From Minisyncoccota bacterium (GTDB taxonomy: Bacteria; Patescibacteriota; Minisyncoccia; Phycocordibacterales; PALSA-1337): a stretch of DNA of 64,000 nt. Position 1 is the stretch's first letter; the number at the start of each line of letters is the position of its first letter. Location: the NCBI GenBank assembly GCA_036170235.1, contig JAVHOW010000016.1, forward strand, positions 5,511 to 69,510, in the 5' to 3' direction. The position numbers were made by a program, and so were the translations under genes. The notes under the pieces are model-generated. The model did not search any database, was not told the DNA's origin, and worked only from the letters and a program-made list of their open reading frames with translations. Positions 59,699 through 64,000 of this stretch are shown in pieces.

Positions 59699-60598
59699 AT
59701 GAAAAATAGTTTTAATTCAATAACTTTCTTGGCATTTGTCGCTCTAATGCTCGCTTTTGTGACGCCTGCTATGGCGGCTACAATCAATGGCGCCGATGAC
59801 ACTATTGCTCCCCCAACTGTAGTCACACCTTCAGGACAAAACACATCAACTCCAGCAACAACTAACGGTGCTGATGATACTGTCGCTCCTCCAGCTAATG
59901 CCCCAACAACAGGTTCTTCAGGTTCAGTTGCTCAAACAACCAATGGTGCCGATGATGCACCAACCACACCAACAACCCCAGCAACACCTCCAGTTACTTC
60001 TTCAGGTGGCTCTTACTATTCAGGCGGTTCATCGGGTGGTGGTCGTTCATTTCTTGCTTCTGCTGTTTCTACGGTAACTCCTACAGTTACACTTGTTTCA
60101 ACTACATCATGCCCACTTATCACTGACTATCTCAAACTCGGTGGCAATAACAATCCAGCACAAGTCACCAATCTTCAAATCTTCCTCAAGAATTCTGAAA
60201 AGCTCGGTGTTGACGTTAACGGTACATTTGATCAAAAGACCGAAGATGCAGTGAAATCATTCCAGCTAAAGTACCTTCCATCAATTCTCGGTCCTTGGGA
60301 TGCTACACGCGCAACTGGTTTCGTATACATCACAACTACCAAGAAGATCAATGAGCTCGCTTGTGCATCACCGATTGTTCTCTATGCTGAAGAGCAAGCT
60401 ATTATCGCCGCATACAAAGCGCGTGGCGTTGTTGTAGAACAACCTTCAGAAACTGTTGCTCCTGCAAATAGCAATGCAACTGGAACTCTCGAAGTTGGTA
60501 CAAATGATAATGGTCAAGCCGCAGATAATACAGCGGCAGTTGGCGGTGCATCAATACTATCTCGTTTCTGGGATTTTATCGTGAATCTATTCAGGTAA
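59699..60598 (+). CDS. Secreted Pro/Thr-rich protein with three NGADD repeats and a peptidoglycan-binding-like domain
   Basis: Signal peptide; YLKLG..N....V..LQ.FL...G.FD..T..AVK.FQ. Confidence 0.75.
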   Translation: MKNSFNSITFLAFVALMLAFVTPAMAATINGADDTIAPPTVVTPSGQNTSTPATTNGADDTVAPPANAPTTGSSGSVAQTTNGADDAPTTPTTPATPPVTSSGGSYYSGGSSGGGRSFLASAVSTVTPTVTLVSTTSCPLITDYLKLGGNNNPAQVTNLQIFLKNSEKLGVDVNGTFDQKTEDAVKSFQLKYLPSILGPWDATRATGFVYITTTKKINELACASPIVLYAEEQAIIAAYKARGVVVEQPSETVAPANSNATGTLEVGTNDNGQAADNTAAVGGASILSRFWDFIVNLFR

Positions 60599-60614
60599 TT
60601 ATTTAACATCTAAA

Positions 60615-60656
60615 TCAAAAAACCACCCTTCGATAAAAACTCAGGGTGGTTTTTTT
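60615..60656. terminator. Bidirectional terminator, inverted copy of 20300-20342
   Basis: AAAAAACCACCCT-TCGATAAAAACTC-AGGGTGGTTTTTT. Confidence 0.85.
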
Positions 60657-60696
60657 GTTGGACGAATAGATGAGGTGTCAACTTATTTATTAATTC

Positions 60697-61989
60697 CTAA
60701 TTTCCTAATCTCTTTGTACCGTGGGCACGAATTTCTTTTGATGTGTTGGGTCCACTTAGTGCGCCAGCCAGCGCAATCATCAAAGCATTGTCACCTGAAA
60801 TGTGTTGAGAAGGTAAGTATAATCCAATCCCATATTCCGTAGCAGTTTTTTGAAATTGCGCGCGAAGCATGGAATTGGCACTGACACCACCGCCGATAAT
60901 CACTGATTGAGCGCCAGTTTCTTCAATAGCTTTTCGAAGCTTTGCGTCAAGAGTTTCCGTGACAGAATCTTCAAATTCACGCGCTAATCCTTTTTTGAAT
61001 TCATCGCTCAAAAAATTATCTTTTGAGTTTGTTGATTTTTCCTCATCTTTCACTGCGTAAAGAACCGCGGTTTTTAGTCCTGAAAATGAAAAATTTAAAT
61101 CCCCACTATTTATCATTGGTCTAGGTAATTTTAAAATAGATTTAATTCCTTGCTCACGCGCTGATTGTGCCAGTTTTGAAATATGCGGACCGCCAGGATA
61201 TGGTAATCCAAGCAAGCGCGCGACTTTATCGAATGCCTCACCAACCGCGTCATCTTTGGTCTGACCGATGATGGTGTAGTGAAATTTTTGGGCAACCAGT
61301 TTATTTGATGATGTTTCAACTTTAACCAACTCCGTATGCCCGCCACTAATGAGTAATGCTAATGCTGGCATTGGTAACGTTTTTAACTTTTGCCATTCGC
61401 AATTTGCAACATCTGATTCTAGTAATGATCCGACGACATGACCTTCCATATGATTTACGGGAATAACAGGTATATTCCAAAGTCGCGATAACATTTTGGC
61501 AAATACGATTCCTGTCCATAAAGCTGGTTCAAGTCCAGGACCTTCGGTGACCGCTATAGCGTCAATGTTTGGTTTATAAGCGAGAAACTGTGCATTCACT
61601 ACGGATGCCACCAAATCGGAATTTTGTTCTGCGAATTCAGTTTTGAACGATGCTGTGATTTCATTGAAGTTACCAATTTTTTCAGTCGTAGGAGTATTCG
61701 TTCGGGTGTCTTCTTCTTGAATCTTGAATCGTGAATCTTGAATCGTTACACTTATTTTTTTGTCTACTTTTAATTTTTCCAAAATTTTTTCCAATAATGG
61801 CACCAAATTTTTTTCATGTTCACGTTTTGCCAAAGTAGGGAAGACGCCGCCATACGCACTATGAAGCTCCGCTTGAGAATGAATCAACGATGAAATAACC
61901 CGACATTCGAATATGCCGTTATTGTCGCATGTCTCTATGATTGCGAGCGCTGTTTCGTCGCAAGATGTTTCGATTCCGAGGATGATCAT
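60697..61989 (-). CDS. tsaD: tRNA N6-adenosine threonylcarbamoyltransferase
   Basis: LGIETSCDET, GPGL, NHMEGH, SGGHT, DDAVGEAFDK, FSFSGLKT, DNA.MIA. Confidence 0.96.
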   Translation of the reverse strand: MIILGIETSCDETALAIIETCDNNGIFECRVISSLIHSQAELHSAYGGVFPTLAKREHEKNLVPLLEKILEKLKVDKKISVTIQDSRFKIQEEDTRTNTPTTEKIGNFNEITASFKTEFAEQNSDLVASVVNAQFLAYKPNIDAIAVTEGPGLEPALWTGIVFAKMLSRLWNIPVIPVNHMEGHVVGSLLESDVANCEWQKLKTLPMPALALLISGGHTELVKVETSSNKLVAQKFHYTIIGQTKDDAVGEAFDKVARLLGLPYPGGPHISKLAQSAREQGIKSILKLPRPMINSGDLNFSFSGLKTAVLYAVKDEEKSTNSKDNFLSDEFKKGLAREFEDSVTETLDAKLRKAIEETGAQSVIIGGGVSANSMLRAQFQKTATEYGIGLYLPSQHISGDNALMIALAGALSGPNTSKEIRAHGTKRLGN

Positions 61990-62069
61990 GGGTGTTTGGA
62001 GGTGCGCTCATTGTACCAAGTCCGAACATTTTTTCAAAACAAAAGAACGTGTTAATATATATGTATAAA

Positions 62070-64000
62070 ATGACCTCGACAAAAATAGAAACTTCTCATA
62101 TTTTCGCATTATTCTTTACGCTTATTCTTGGTTTTTTTACATTTATAAATTGGACCAATCAGCAATATGATTTAATATCAAACATTTCTCCGTCTTCACA
62201 GTTGGCTCAAGCCTTTATCACTCCTGATCCAGCCCAAAATCTACTAATTATTTATAATAGTAATTCTCTTGTTCCAGAAAGTGCAGAATTGAAAGATTTT
62301 TATTTAGTAAATCGTCCCGGTATTACAAATGCTAATGTTTTGGGAATTGATATTAATAAAACTTCTACGCAATATGATAATATCAGTCCATTTGATTATA
62401 TTAGTGAAGTTGATTTTAATACTATTATTCGTGATGCCGTTTCCGCTTGGTTTCAAAGTCATACTGATAAATCTATTAAATATATAGTTGTTATGTATGG
62501 TGTTCCTACTCGTGTGATCAATAATACTACTTATGCCGGTAGTGTAGATAATAGATTAAATCAAATTAATGGTGCATTAGTTACTCGTATGGATATGGGA
62601 ACTGTTATAGCAACAAAAGCTTATATTGCAAAATTGGCGGCAGCTTATACTGGTAATCTAATAATATATTCAAATAATGTAGGTAATACATATTATTTTG
62701 ATGATGCTCAAGGATATACTCAAGCAAATAATGGTCAATTTGCACAGAACGCAGTATTAGGTGTTAATCCATCAGCAAATATAGTATATTCTGCGACAGG
62801 AGATCCACGAACTGATGGTGTACACATACGCAATGCTAGTGATGTAAAAGGGTTTATGACATGGGGGGCTAATGGTTATCTTGGCCCAGATTATGCTAAT
62901 AATGGCTACTTTAAATTCTCTGGAAATTCTGGATGGTATATTTTACAAACAATAGAGTCGTGGAATGGTCAGCGTTACACTGTAAATTCTGGTCAGTCTA
63001 CTTTTCTTAAGTGGTTTTCTTCTGATGCTTTTGGAGGTACTAATTATGAGAATACTCCAATTGGTGCTGTAGTACATGTGGAAGAACCAGGTTTAGGTGG
63101 TGTTAATTCTCCACAATATTTCTCATTATGGGAACAGGGATATCCTTTTGCAGATACTGCTTGGGGAAGTAGAGTTACTCCATTTTTTATGGCAATAGGA
63201 GATCCTCTTGTTGCTAGTTCAAAATTTACACCAGTAATAGTAGATATACCAGTAGCCACAATTAATATCTCTTCACCATCAATAATTTCTGGTCAATCAG
63301 TGACTATTACATGGTCATCAAATAATGCAAATTCATGTCTAGGTTTTGGTGGAACATTTGGTGGAATAAAATCTATATCTGGAACAGAAATAGTGACTCC
63401 AATAACTAATACAATATATAGTATCACTTGTGCTGGTCCTGGTGGTATTTCTAGTATAAATAGCGTATCTCTTTCTATTACAATTCCAGATACTATAAAA
63501 CCAGTTATTTCTAATATTAGATCCTCTCCCATTATAAATAGTGTAAGTATATCCTGGTCAGTAAATGAACCTGTGGAATCACAAGTATTATATGGACTTA
63601 CTACAAATTATGAATCTAATACATCTATATCAAATTTAAAAACCCAAATTATTTCTGGTTTAGCACCAAATACTCTGTATCATTATCAAATAAAATCTAT
63701 TGATACTGCTGGTAATATTGCTACTTCTTCAGATAATACATTTACTACACAAGTACAGCCAATAAATTCTACTATTACAATAGCATCTAGATTAAATGGA
63801 AAGATTCTTACTGTAAGTCAGGTTGGTAATTCCTGTGTTTCAAATCTGAATTCTCCTACTGGTAGTAATACAGCAACATGTTCACGAAATATAGATGTTA
63901 CAAGTCCAGGTATGTATTCAGTACAGTGGTATCGTGGGTATCCTATTGGAGCAGATATAAAAAAAATACCGACAATAACACCGGCACAAAATCTTATTAA
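62070..64000 (+). CDS. Large AT-rich membrane-anchored protein with TIGR03790-like domain followed by Ig/FN3-like modules; runs off the window and is absent from the ORF track
   Basis: Manual translation: TM, NLLIIYNSNS...S.ELK.FY..NRP, YIVVMYGVPTR, VTRMD, GAV.HVEEP, MAIGDPL, later GLAPNTLYHYQIKSIDTAGN. Confidence 0.8.
   Translation, partial: MTSTKIETSHIFALFFTLILGFFTFINWTNQQYDLISNISPSSQLAQAFITPDPAQNLLIIYNSNSLVPESAELKDFYLVNRPGITNANVLGIDINKTSTQYDNISPFDYISEVDFNTIIRDAVSAWFQSHTDKSIKYIVVMYGVPTRVINNTTYAGSVDNRLNQINGALVTRMDMGTVIATKAYIAKLAAAYTGNLIIYSNNVGNTYYFDDAQGYTQANNGQFAQNAVLGVNPSANIVYSATGDPRTDGVHIRNASDVKGFMTWGANGYLGPDYANNGYFKFSGNSGWYILQTIESWNGQRYTVNSGQSTFLKWFSSDAFGGTNYENTPIGAVVHVEEPGLGGVNSPQYFSLWEQGYPFADTAWGSRVTPFFMAIGDPLVASSKFTPVIVDIPVATINISSPSIISGQSVTITWSSNNANSCLGFGGTFGGIKSISGTEIVTPITNTIYSITCAGPGGISSINSVSLSITIPDTIKPVISNIRSSPIINSVSISWSVNEPVESQVLYGLTTNYESNTSISNLKTQIISGLAPNTLYHYQIKSIDTAGNIATSSDNTFTTQVQPINSTITIASRLNGKILTVSQVGNSCVSNLNSPTGSNTATCSRNIDVTSPGMYSVQWYRGYPIGADIKKIPTITPAQNLI

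Overview
64 kb of a small-genome bacterium, probably Patescibacteria/Parcubacteria (inferred from no uL30 between rpsE and rplO, short IF2/PheS/PheT, few Shine-Dalgarno sites, many leaderless starts; genetic code 11). Core content is tuf plus the S10/spc ribosomal cluster (interrupted twice by unrelated genes), secY, rpsB-tsf, pheST, gyrA, gyrB, uvrABC, infB-rbfA, ddl, zwf, tsaD and four tRNAs. Accessory content includes a class F sortase with two LPxTG-type substrates (one ice-binding-like), several secreted surface proteins, two-component genes, an ECF sigma/anti-sigma pair, an orphan MazF-like gene and a REP-associated tyrosine transposase (RAYT) with six REPs. Main discoveries: (1) an unannotated ~350-nt highly paired, pseudoknotted ncRNA at 11307-11655 with raiA-motif-like segments; (2) several families of palindromic mini-elements inserted in frame in core genes, including homologous 121-bp elements in uvrA and uvrB that are read in different frames; (3) a repeated 11-bp-period promoter cassette in front of a histidine kinase, the RAYT and the MazF gene; (4) a readable ECF promoter consensus GTAAG-N16-CGTT; (5) modified 5' copies in front of two tRNAs; (6) possible PVC-superphylum sequence signatures in EF-Tu and two secreted proteins. 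All family assignments come from motif recognition by eye; no searches were run.
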